DNA of 64,000 bases from Lingula anatina (taxonomy: Eukaryota; Animalia; Brachiopoda): positions 49,454,788 to 49,518,787 of the forward strand of contig CM120640.1 of the NCBI GenBank assembly GCA_051362555.1, given 5' to 3'. Shown here in pieces: positions 1 to 11,978 of this stretch (the stretch's first letter is position 1; each line of letters begins with the position of its first letter). The position numbers and the translations under genes are program-made. Under the pieces are notes generated by a model that saw nothing but the letters and a program-made list of their open reading frames with translations, was not told the DNA's origin and ran no database searches.

Positions 1-73
1 ATTAACTATTACACAGTTAGACTTCAAAACGTTGCCGTCATAAATCGTTTCCATACTTGGAATTAATTTTCAG

Positions 74-1359
74 ATACTACGCAGGGTGGGCTGATAAAAT
101 GGAAGGAAAGACGATTCCAGTAGGTGAGTAATGAGATCACAGGACAATTGTGTGAAATTGAGGATCGATTTTCACCAAGTTATGTTGCAGTAATATCAAA
201 ACCTATCGAATGAATGGGAAAGTTAATCGATTATAGTAAAAAACGTGTTTATCGGGGTATTTTTTGATGAACTGAGATACAGAAATACAGACCACTTTCA
301 TCGCATTTCAGACGGTGAGTTTTTTGCCTACACGAGGCACGAACCAATTGGAGTGGCCGGCCAACTCATTCCAGTAAGGAATTTAAATACAAATTAATTT
401 CATATATTTCATAAACATCGCAATTTTTACATGTGATGCAATTATATTTTCATTTTCCATCATTATATTTAAAAAAATTGATTACAAAATCAATCTCGCT
501 GTTATGAGATGGGAAATGTCGCGGTGTGGTTTGCATTTGAATTATTTTCACAATTACCAATTTTTCAGTGGAATTTTCCTATTCTAATGATGGCCTGGAA
601 ACTGGGCCCTGCCCTTGCATCCGGATGTACTGTAGTGTTAAAGACAGCTGAACAGACTCCTCTTACTGCTAACTACATAGCACAACTTGCGGCTGAGGTA
701 GGTTATTAATTGAAAATGGGTAATGAAATGGTCTGCATATAATAATAATGGTACCATTAAGATGGCCAGAACACTACATGATCACTAACAGAAAAACGTA
801 GAGGCCATGGCCGATTTGGCAATGTGGACGCATCACATACAGTCCTCAAAAATGTCACCTCTAATGTGTCTCAGTCAAGGCAGCTTGTACTCTTTTTTTC
901 CACAATAAAAGGACAATCCAGTCAGAGAAGGAAATATGCAAAAGTCTGCTGAATGCTCTTAATTTTTTATATTCATCTGATCCACACTTTGCTTCATGGA
1001 CATTTTCTAATTGTGTATCTTTATCAAAAGGATTATCTTGACCAAAATGGCTATATAAGAGAGGAATATTCACCTTTTTCCAGGCTGGGTATCCCCCAGG
1101 GGTTCTGAACGTGGTCCCTGGTTATGGTCCTACTGCAGGAGCGGCTCTGGCTGCACACATGGATGTGGACAAACTGGCCTTCACTGGATCCACCGAAGTA
1201 TGGACAATTGTTTGTTCATGCGCATGTTAATCTGTCAGTTAAAAAACAGTACAAAGGAGTTCTGTCTTAGCTCTTCATATCTTTTAGATAAGTTATCATC
1301 ATACGTGTATTTGGTTTTCTGTCCCGCTCAAAACTTGATATCTTTCAGAAAAGTGAAAT

Positions 1360-1400
<41 letters not shown>

Positions 1401-2191
1401 CATGTTGCATGTTTTCCTTGCTTGGCATAAACTGAACGAATAAAATGAGTGTACTACGTAGTATATGGCCCAGTGAGTGGAAACAGGCCCTTTTTTTCTC
1501 TCATTGGGCACTATTCTTCTTAGTTTTCGAGGAACTATGCTCTTTTGTTTTAGTATACTGATTGTCCACAGAGGTATGAAGGAAAGACGACTTTCGATTT
1601 TGCTGATTGATTTTCATTTTATTGACGTTTCTAACAGTTGTGAAAATATACTTTTTACAATATTTAAGAACAGGAAAGACTATTTAGCATCGTTTATAAA
1701 CATTTCAGGTGGGACAGTTAGTTTCCCAAATGGCAAGTGCTAGTAACTTGAAGAGAATCACTTTGGAAATGGGCGGGAAGAGTCCAGTCGTCGTGTTGTC
1801 GGACGCAGACTGTAAGTTGACAGAAGCCAAGTAACATTTGGGTCACAATTGCAATTAGGGCCTACCTAGAAGAAAATGTGCATGTCAAATCTAAAAATAC
1901 AACATATCAAATCTTAATAGTAATCACCTGTTTTGTGGAACTTGGAGGTGTTTTTTGCATCGTTTGCCCCATAATAGTAAAAAACAGTTCAGTTTGAAAT
2001 AAGATTCACTAGCAGTGTGTTCGCATGGTTGAAAAGCATATCAAAATTTGAAAGGTAGTATTTCTTAGATGACAGTATTGTCAATGAATTCACTTAAACA
2101 TTTCAGAAATTTGTGCGTCACAGTATAAAAATATAAATTTCAGGGTAAATTATAAATGCTAGTGCATTTCATTGGATTTAACTGATTACCC

Positions 2192-2269
<78 letters not shown>

Positions 2270-3917
2270 TATAGGTAACTACGGTGTTGCAGGAAGAGTT
2301 GCCGAGTTTTTTTATCTTTTTTCTATAAAGTATTTCTTAATATCTGTGTAATGTGTAATGTTTGCTGTTTAGTTCTGAATAACTTTTGCAGTGGAAGACG
2401 CCATTGAAAACTGCCATTTCGCCACGTTTTTTAACCACGGTCAGTGCTGTATCGCTGGCACGAGAGTCTATGTGGAGGAGTCAATATATGATAAATTTGT
2501 TGAGGCCAGCGTTGAAAGAGCACGGAGAAGAACTGTTGGAGATCCCTTCGACCCCAGCAATGAGATGGGCCCCCAAGTTAGTCTAAGAGTTCATTGTAAA
2601 AGCAAAACCTTCATTTCATGGGCAGCTATAAATTTCTAAAAGTTTCCCACTGGAACCCGATTAGTTTGAGTAGCTTTTGTGGGGAAAAAAGATAAAAATT
2701 TTCATTACCAATCGAACTGAGGGGGTATTCTTAAAGTTATAATCAATAATTTACATTGTAGTAACCCAGATATGATGCGTATTTTAACATTGCTAGATTG
2801 ATGACGAACAGCTCGGCAAGATTCTGAACCTTGTAGACAGCGGAAAGAAAGAAGGTGCCAAGTTAGCTATTGGAGGGCACCAGATTGGCAATAAGGGATA
2901 CTTCATGGAACCAACAGTATTTGCAGATTGTACCGATAACATGAGAATTGCCAGAGAAGAGGTAGGTAAATGATAATTTTCATCACTTTACCTAGATAAA
3001 GTACTTATGAAATTTGAAAGATGTCACCCATTCCAGCAGGCCTACCACAAAACAATAACGTTTTGGAACTACAGTAGACACTAGTAGTATACAAATAGTT
3101 GCGGTAAGTCATTTTTGTCCTTTCCAGATATTGCGCCCAAAACATACGGCACACAAAAGAATTAATATTCATGCTATGCAAATCATCTTGCTTCCAGATC
3201 TTTGGCCCTGTGCAGTCAATCTTTAAATTCAAGTCGCTAGATGAGGTCATTGAAAGGTCAAACGACAGCATGTACGGCCTGGGAGCCGGCATTATGTCCA
3301 ATGATATGGACAAGGTGAACTATCTGATCCAGGGAATAAGAGCTGGGACTATATGGTGAGAACTGATACAGAAAAAATTATTTGATCCTGTAAGAAAATC
3401 GAAAATTTTGCGTCGCCATCTGCTGCATAATGCCATGTATAACAAGTCAAGGGTTGCGCCCTTAAATGATTTTTTAGAGATTAACAGTGGTTAGTATTAG
3501 TGGCGTCACGTTAGTACAAAGTTTCTGTTCAATTTATAGTAATTGTTGTATTTCAGGATAAATGTGTATAATAAGTTTGATGCTGCCATGCCATTCGGTG
3601 GCTACAAAATGTCTGGTAATGGACGTGAACTGGGGGAGTATGCTCTAGAGGGCTATACTGAAGTCAAAACTGTAAGTTCATAAATTTTATGTTTTAAGAA
3701 AGGACACTTTTGGCGGTGAAAAAGAGTAAAATCTTTCAGTGCTAGGATAAGGGGTCACGGTCTACCATTCTCTTATCTGTTGCTAATAAAACAAACAGAA
3801 ATAGAGCATAAGTTTTTATGTTAGAAATGTAACACTTTTCTGTATTGATTTATGACATCTTTGTTTTGTTGTCTTTTTCTTCAGGTGTGTATGAGAGTTT
3901 TACAGAAGAATTCTTAA
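74..3917 (+). CDS. Aldehyde dehydrogenase, ALDH1A/ALDH2 family (5' part lies outside the window)
   Basis: GT-AG exons at 74-123, 312-373, 569-697, 1084-1197, 1709-1811, 2392-2576, 2797-2961, 3198-3355, 3557-3671 and 3885-3917 join in frame. Motifs: [29 protein letters not shown] (catalytic Glu), [11 protein letters not shown] (catalytic Cys), [21 protein letters not shown]-terminal QKNS*. Cytosolic versus mitochondrial cannot be decided because the N-terminus is missing. Confidence 0.96.
2194..2260. repeat. (TA)n microsatellite
   Basis: Directly visible. Confidence 0.98.
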
Positions 3918-4806
3918 AAAGTATCCATCCAACGGGAATAAATTTGAGGCACGCATGTTCCCAGCTGTCGACATATCTTTCCTTTTTCCTTAGCTTGGTT
4001 ATGTAAAACTCTATATAAACTGTTTAAATGACACTGTATTGAATGCTAACTGTTTAAAGTAAAGGTTGCCAAAGGTAATGTATTCTCTGAAATGTTAATG
4101 ATGTGATGTCTACGGTTTAAGCTGCCAATCTAACTGTAAAGCAGAACACGTCGTTGACCAAGCTACCAGATTATGTCCAGCATTTGAAAGATGACATGAT
4201 ACAGCGACGTAGCCATGCGCCATATATTTTCGAATTTCAAGAAAGTTGTTGTCGCTCTATTTTAGTCATATATTAACAAAGGGAGGTATTGATATCCTTA
4301 GAAACTTGTCGAATGAAAGCTTTTTGTCTTCTTTACGTGCTAGATATAGATTTAACTGCAAGGCGTGAAAAAATTTGAACACGACCCAAGTTAACAAACT
4401 TCCATGAAGGGAATTAATTGAAATGTAGAGTTTATTTACCTTTCCGAGCACCATTTATAATTTTTATTTTATTATTTCAAATACTAACAATTAATTACAA
4501 ATGGCCAATATTTCACCGTTTTAGTAATAAAACACTTGTTATATAAAGAAACTATAGGTCTATTTTTGTTAGTTGTAACTTAAGAAATCTATCATCATTT
4601 TAGTAACTAATGTACAGTTTTATAAAACATAGTCGGAGATATGGACAAAAACAGTACACAGTATCAAATCGGCACGAGTGTTTCTTGTCAGAAATGTGTC
4701 AAAATGGCATCAAAACCCATTTTAATGAAGCAAATCACCACCTCTCTTTTATGCAACGCAATCAACAGGACAATATGGGATAAACTCGTATTAAAATAAA
4801 GTCATG

Positions 4807-7800
4807 TTATAAAGTGCCGTAGACAATAACCGGCACTATCTTATGCCATTTGGCTGTATCCAGACCTTTTGGCATAAGCGCCTCCTGCCAGTGCGCAATC
4901 CCTGCTTTGGATGCATTCATTCCAACTCGCACATGCCCCACAACTGCATTCTTACTGTAGGTGTGGACTCTCATAACAGAAAAATCGAGTGTCAGATTTT
5001 CTGGTTGTAGGCCTTCAGCTACGTTAAAAAGAAACGGCTCGTTCCAGACTGGGTTTTGACCATGCCGGCTGTGGGTACCTTTTATCTCAATCACCTCACT
5101 GTGATATGACAACTTCACGGATACATAATACTCTGAAATGAATCAGTAAATTTTTACTGTCCTATAAGTCAAAGACAAATTTGATGAACAAAATGATATC
5201 ATGCATTTAAAACATTTTATAAAAGAAAACTGAAATAATTTCGTGTATTTCAGCAACGTTTTGTTGTAATATTAAGGGGTTTAGATAAGATATCTGGAAT
5301 TTTGACTTCCTTCTTCAGACCGAATTGCAAACGCAAGTCCTGTTATTCCAGAGACAACTGTTAAGGATTTCTTTGTTTTAGTGTATATTGATTAGATGAT
5401 AGTATAACAGAATTACAAAATATGAAACAGGTTTACCTACCTGGTGACAAAAGAGATCTTCTGTCGGCTCCAGGCAAATTTTGCGCTCGTCTCACGAACA
5501 CTTTAAGTCTATTAGCCTGTGCTTGATACTGCAGTAATATGAATAACTCGCCAAGTTCTCTCTTCATATAACGGGATGCCGTGGACACCTGTTAAAGGAA
5601 TATGACCGATGATGAGCAAATATATAGTTTAAAAAACAGTGACATCATTTCTTATTACAAAATTACCTTTTACCCCCCCCCCCCCCAAAAAAAAAAGAAA
5701 AAAAAAGTGAAGGCCGACAACTGAAAAATATGCAAATTACCTCTTAAAAAGTTATATACTCGTTTACCATTTTGATACATTAAGCCCCTCTGAACATGAC
5801 TTTGACCAAACGATATATAATGTATACTAACACTATGGAATTTACAACAATAACAATTCAAAAAATATTTTTACACAGAGATCGAATCATATTCAGAATT
5901 TTTTTAATCAGGGTATTCAATCGATATCTTTGTGTGCCTATATAGGATATTTTTTCGTTCATTGCTGTGTAATGTAACATATCAGACCACGTTCTTAAAA
6001 GATATTTGATTCGTTCCATTGGTGTTTTTATTGGTGCAAGTTCCAAAAGTTCCCTTTGTTTTTTTTTTTTGTATAGGGCACTTTAATAAGAAATATATTT
6101 CATTTTTAACTTCTCATCTTCAGAACATGAAGTCTTTGTTGTATTTCTAGATGGTGTGCCCTAAACTTTGCTATGTTTGGCATGTCACATTTTGGTGTTG
6201 GTGCTTTTGTGTACAATTCTCTTAAATTATAATTAGTTTTAATTAATCTTTATGTGCAGACTTTACCGTTTTACTTCTCGATTTCTTGCACACGCATCTT
6301 GATGTCTGTTTTTTATATGGATTATCCAGTGTTATTATTAAATTTTGGGTTTTTTTCTTTTTTCTGTGTGACCAATTTATCCTATGTTTTTGATCTTTTA
6401 CTTCATTTTCATAGACTATTTTGCGTTGCGTTTATCTTGCATTTCAAAGAATCGTTTGTCTGTAGGCCATGATCAAATATATCTTTGTGTTACGGGAATT
6501 TGTCTAATTCTGAGTTCGTATAGCTACATAACTTGCACTACGTCTCACTTTTAAAATTTCTTTGCAAAAGTTATTTTGTACTGTTTCAAAGGGCAAGTTA
6601 TTTATTGATTTATTGAGAGAATCAATCTCATCGATCTCACATCCGTACATTAGAATGGGATTTATGATAGTATGATAGTTTTACAAGCGCTTTCGTTCTT
6701 ATCCCTCAAATCATCGAGGGTACTTTTCGTGGTTTATTATAAAATTTGTCTGTCTTATTTAATATCACTCTTTATACATGTATTATCTTTATTTGTTGTT
6801 GTTCACTGTGAGCGTCCACTTTTTTGCAATAGCTAACCAAATTATCAAGGATTTTTGGAGTCCCTCCACAGAACTACATTGTAGAAGCAGTTATAATTGC
6901 TTAAACCATCGAAGACATAACATATTCACAAACGTGAATGAGGCGTGGATGAACAATAAAAACAATAAAATTTGTGAAAATATGTTTTAAAATGCGTGGT
7001 ATCTGTTGTTCTTACACGAGTACTTTCAATAAACGCAGGAGTCTCAAATTCAGTGAACATTCTCCATGTTAGTAAACAAGTATAAGGCCTAGGCATAAAT
7101 AAACTATATTAACATGCAAATCACTTGAATTTGAAGATACTTTTGCAGACAGATATAAATCATATAAAATGGGCATTAAGCGAATTCCCGTTGTTGTTAA
7201 CCTTGTACAAATGGGCGTGTTTTCCCATAAAACGCCTGAAACTGCCTTACAAATGTTTTATTTGAATTGTAAATATAATGAAATGAAGTACCTTACTGAA
7301 CTTAATCAATAGAACTCATCTTGTCCCTATAGTTTATAAGGACAAAACCTTCCTATAAGCCTTGACGTTCGCACACGAAACTGGCCATTAATCTCAACGT
7401 CGAATATAATCAATATGATGACAACTACAGTACAGGGGGTATAACAAGACAGGCAGTAAACTCCAAGTGTCGAGAATGTACTTCATGGTATTTATTGCCT
7501 CTTGCATCTTACAATTTTTCCTCAGTGCCTTTTATGACACCCACGCTGCGTTCAGTACGAAAATGATAATGGAAATAAGAAATGCTGGAAATGAGTGCTT
7601 GGTAGACTTTTGAAAGATTTACTTTCTCACTGACTGTCACCGACTCTGTCCATACGGGGATTATTTAAAACAGAATGGAGTTACGTTTCATACCATTAAA
7701 AACACACAAGAAAATCCTAAACAAGTATGACTGAATTTATAAGCTTCTGAACTTGCTCTTTAGTAAATAATAAGGAAGAGAGACTGAGAGAAGTATGCAA

Positions 7801-9671
7801 GAGAGCAGAAGACTTGATAAGATTTACAGGAGGTGGAGAAATGGGCGATGATTTTAATAATCCACTCAAATCCAATGAAATTCCACAATATACTACTTTA
7901 TATGGCGCTGATTAGATTAGGGACTGATTTTTGGAAAAAAAAACAAATTTAAATCTCTTTTTTTTTATCCACTCGATTTTTCCGTTCGATATGAACATTG
8001 ATTTGAAAATGTGATATTAATTTAGAAAGAGGTGTTAAATCTTTACATTACCTTTTTCCTGCGACCTTTGTTAAGTTTCTGTGTAAAACTCTGCAGATCT
8101 TCTGTCCAAGTAAATTGAGACAACAGGAAGAAGACTTCTCCTAAAAACGTTTCCCGACTTCTCCCTGGCTCTTTGATGTACACTCTTAACCTGAGAGAGC
8201 AACGTTCTAGATCATCCGAAGTGATATCGGCAAAATGGAATGTTTCGTTGAAAGGAGGGTTTCTTGTACCTTTTTGCGATTCTGAATAGAATTTTTGTTT
8301 TGTCTTTGGTAATAGATTAATTTGTACAAAAGAAGAACAATCAAATCCAAATTTTGAAGGAATGCCTATCATTTCATTTACAACAAGCTCTAAGGACTTC
8401 GCCGATGAGTGATACGCAATAGAAAAGGTAAGCGTCGTCTGCAGTGCCTCTGTTGTCTCGGTGCAGCTTTTAGGTTCTGAATCATATGACATTGAATGAA
8501 CTGTCCACTTATTGGACAAACCAGGAGGGGGTTTCTCCTGTAATTGGCGCACCTCTACCATAGAGAACGACCGTGCTGACATTTTAGGTTCTGTAAGCAA
8601 GTTACTTGTCTCGATAGATTCATTTGAAGGGTGCGACATCGACCTGCAAGATTTGGTTTTGAGATCGTCTTCTGCTTGTGAAGGTGGTGTTGGAGTTCGG
8701 CTTCGACTTCTTGGGATTGGACTAGCAGAGCGCGATTGGCTGCTGCTTGTATGATCTTTGCCATTGCTCAATAAAAGGTTGCTGGGTTCGCTGCAAGAGG
8801 ATTGTCGAGACCACGTAAAATATGCCTTTCGGTGATATTTTTCCTTTGTGGGAGTGTGTGAAATAGAACTTCTATCAGATCGCCCATCATCAGAGCCGTT
8901 ATGACTCGAGGCCTTTGGTCTAAGTATCAGAGGCGAATATTGGTAATCTCTTAGATCTGTTTCTCCATGACACACAAGACCGTCCCTGTGACAGTGCGGT
9001 CCCAGTCCTGGGTCACAGTTTGGTGGCATTTTTTGATAACCATAGTCGACGTGATTTTGTCTCTTTAACATATGAGTAATTGGTCTGTGGGTTTTTGTTT
9101 TGTAATTCACAGAGAACTTGTTCGCCATTTTTTGATACTTGGCTGTTTTCTTTCGTTCCTTCCAAAGTTTTCTTATGCATGTGATGCATACGAATAAAAT
9201 GCAACCTACGCCCAGTGCTACACAAATAATCAGAACGGCGATCTCCCATCCTGGCAAACCTGCAAAGATACATTAGTAATATTGTTAAAAATCTAATTAT
9301 ATTTTTGTCGGTGTAATCAATTAGCAATCACCAAGGAAACCACTATGTCTTCAGTAACATGTTTCACTATACAGGCGCTAACAGCTGACGTGCCAAAGAT
9401 ATTTTCATAGGGATCTAGAAATAGCATTCATTCTCACAGCCGTTGTAACAGCCGCACTACACCAATATTACAAAAAATAAATCTGAAATCCATAGTGCCA
9501 ACATGATGCCGGTTCTCTGTTTTAAAGATTCCAAAAATTATGAAAATTAATCACCCTGACAATGCTAGAATAGTTATTAAAGACTCTAATATTTTGCAAA
9601 TGTTGAAAAACTCATGTGAAATCCGTACAGTAATATTTACCAAGGTCTTCACGCCGATCAGGTTTGCCCAT
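4807..9671 (-). CDS. Synaptotagmin-like protein (N-terminal TM, long Ser-rich linker, two C2 domains), about 570 aa
   Basis: Exons 9671-9641 (MGKPDRREDL), 9259-8052, 5588-5441 and 5132-4807 join in frame (1713 nt). TM helix WEIAVLIICVALGVGCILFVCITCI is followed by a basic patch. C2A includes TRNPPFNETFHF and FLGEV; C2B includes LGELFILLQY, QNPVWNEPFLF and the terminal AKWHKI. Exon 1 is less certain than the others. Confidence 0.9.
5900..6720 (-). mobile_element. Degraded non-LTR retrotransposon (LINE) ORF2 fragments in synaptotagmin intron 2
   Basis: Minus-strand translation near 6690-6630 gives ALVKL.(frameshift)TIINPILMYGCEI, the PILxYGxE motif that follows RT in LINE ORF2. Near 6046-5980 it gives ELAPIKTPMERIKYLLR, resembling ORF2 C-terminal sequence. 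Many stops and frameshifts; boundaries approximate. Confidence 0.5.
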
Positions 9672-11218
9672 GATATTCAACCCAAAATGTTTCTCTCTGC
9701 ATTTTAAAGCATGAAGTGAGCCTGAAAACGACCCGGCCTGAACATTTCCCCTGTGCAGTCGCACTTATTTTCACTTATAATTGTACAGATTCCGACAAAC
9801 TGAATAAAATCTCAACGTTCGTGAACACCAAAGCATTTTCAGCATCAGGACTCAAGTTATGCTTAATGTTATCTCGTGGATCCTTCAAACCACATGCGGT
9901 GAAGTGGTTTCATTATCTCGCACTAAAAAGTTACCCAGGAATAAGCAATGTAGTTACTTCGCTATACATGTCAGATCTTAATGACACTTAATTTACCATA
10001 ATTATCATGGATCCCAACGTTTCTTCATCATTCGGAAGTATGGCATCTAATGTCTTTTGAATTATACCTCAAATCCCTTATTTAATCTCTGTCGTAGCGA
10101 GTTATTTATTATTATTATTATTTTTTTTTTTTTGGGGGGGGGGGGGGTTAGACCAGGTCTAACATAGAGTAAACAACTTTAAAGTAAGAAGTGAACAAAA
10201 AACTTAACCTCTACATTAAACTGCAGTTACACGCTAATCAGACGATTATGGACCGGCTGGAGGACGGTTGGTATATAATCGATATAATAGACATATAGGC
10301 CCCTGCTGCAAGCGTCTGTGTATAGTCCCTATGAAGGCCGTTTCATGCATGCATGTACATTTACGACGCTTTGATAAATGCCCACAACACTGGACTGTGA
10401 CTTACCACTCTGATCACTTTTCTTCATGCTAATGTCGCTGCCATCTGTCAGTAGCTTTACATTGAAGGGTTTAGGAATCAGCGTGGAACTAAAAAACAGA
10501 ATTTTCTTGAATGGAATAAAATAATATATAATATAGGGTATTTATTGTCATATAAAGTAGTGGAATGATTGGTTTTTCTATAGAAATTTGAAAGTGATAT
10601 AAAACCGGCGCAGGCCAAAATGTACGGCCTACGTGCGTGCTGTTAGACGGGGACCGGAGCAACGGCAGCTGCGACGGGGCTCAGGACTTTTACTGACAAT
10701 CTGAAAATTCCGGATATTCAGAGTATCCATGCATACACGTAGGCCTGTATACTGAGAGAGCGGGTGTCAAATAGGCCTAAGCCAACATAGCAATCCAGAA
10801 GTAGGCCTACACATCGTTGACCAACTTTGAAGCTTGGGGTAGACCCTTTTAGATAGTCTAGATGAAAAAAAAAAAAAAAATAAAAGGCTGGACTTGATGT
10901 CAATTGACATCGAGTCTTAGGCCTATTGCTGAATTAGCCTAAATAGATATTTAACAGATAGGCCTATTTCAGAGAAAAATACGCCCGTTTTTTTGACAGC
11001 AGATTTAATTTTGGTCACTATTTATTTTCAAATTAATGGATAGGGGCCTACATTAGGCCTTATTAAGTAGGCCCTATACTTAATTAATATTAGGCCTAGT
11101 TGAAATATGATTTCTAGGCGAAATAGAGGTTGGCATAGGCCTAATTAATAAGTAGCCTAGGCCTAGGCTATTATTATTATGCCTATAATTTAGGCCTATA
11201 TATCTTTCCATCATTTAA

Positions 11219-11554
11219 AGGGATAATAACTCTTCGTATGAGACCTATATTTCACAATAAAAACATTGTGAATAACTCATAGAAATATAATATATTCTGT
11301 TTTACCACAAAAACTGCAGTTATAGCTCGAAATTCTGATATTTGAGCTTGTCTTTAAACCACGTGACCTCCATTGATAGCTATACTCTGTTAAAATCTCT
11401 TAAGAGATTTTAACAAAAAACCAAACTTTTTAGAAAAAAACAGGGACTAACTTTGAATGTAAAAATGGATTTATTAACCATTGGCAAGTATGGGAAAATT
11501 GTTGTTTACTCCAGGAAAATTCATTTTTGGCTGAAACGAAGAGTTATTATCCCT
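11219..11554. mobile_element. Kolobok-like MITE with TTAA target-site duplication
   Basis: Perfect 19-bp TIR AGGGATAATAACTCTTCGT / ACGAAGAGTTATTATCCCT, flanked by TTAA at 11215-11218 and 11555-11558. A related copy lies at 49635-50000. Confidence 0.85.
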
Positions 11555-11953
11555 TTAACGAATAAGGCCTATTGTTTGCATATGTTCTGAAATGCCATCC
11601 CCTCACATCCAAAGTAAGAAACGGTTGTGTAGGCCTATTACTTTCCGCTGAATTTCTCAGACCCCTCCCTCACCCCGATCAACCCCTTCGTCTACATATG
11701 TAGGCCTATGTGCACTGCACTGTAGGTTAGCCTTTGCATACCTAACGTTATAAAACTTCAAGCAAACCCCATATCGACTCCGATATTTCAGTAGAATTAA
11801 GTATATTTTGTTTTCCGTTTACTTCTTTATAAAATTGGACATCATGTACTATTGAATAAAATCAAGTTGAACGAAACGAATAGGCACGCATTATACTATT
11901 TTTGATTTTCATATACGGGCATCTGATAAGAAGTGCCCGGATGAGCAAGAAAA

Positions 11954-11963
11954 CGCCATTTTG
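11954..11963 (+). promoter_or_regulatory. YY1-type motif CGCCATTTTG just upstream of the DAZAP1-like ATG
   Basis: Matches the CGCCATnTT consensus and starts 25 nt before ATG 11979, a typical position for housekeeping promoters. Function is inferred. Confidence 0.45.
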
Positions 11964-11978
11964 AAAAGCACCGGCAGC

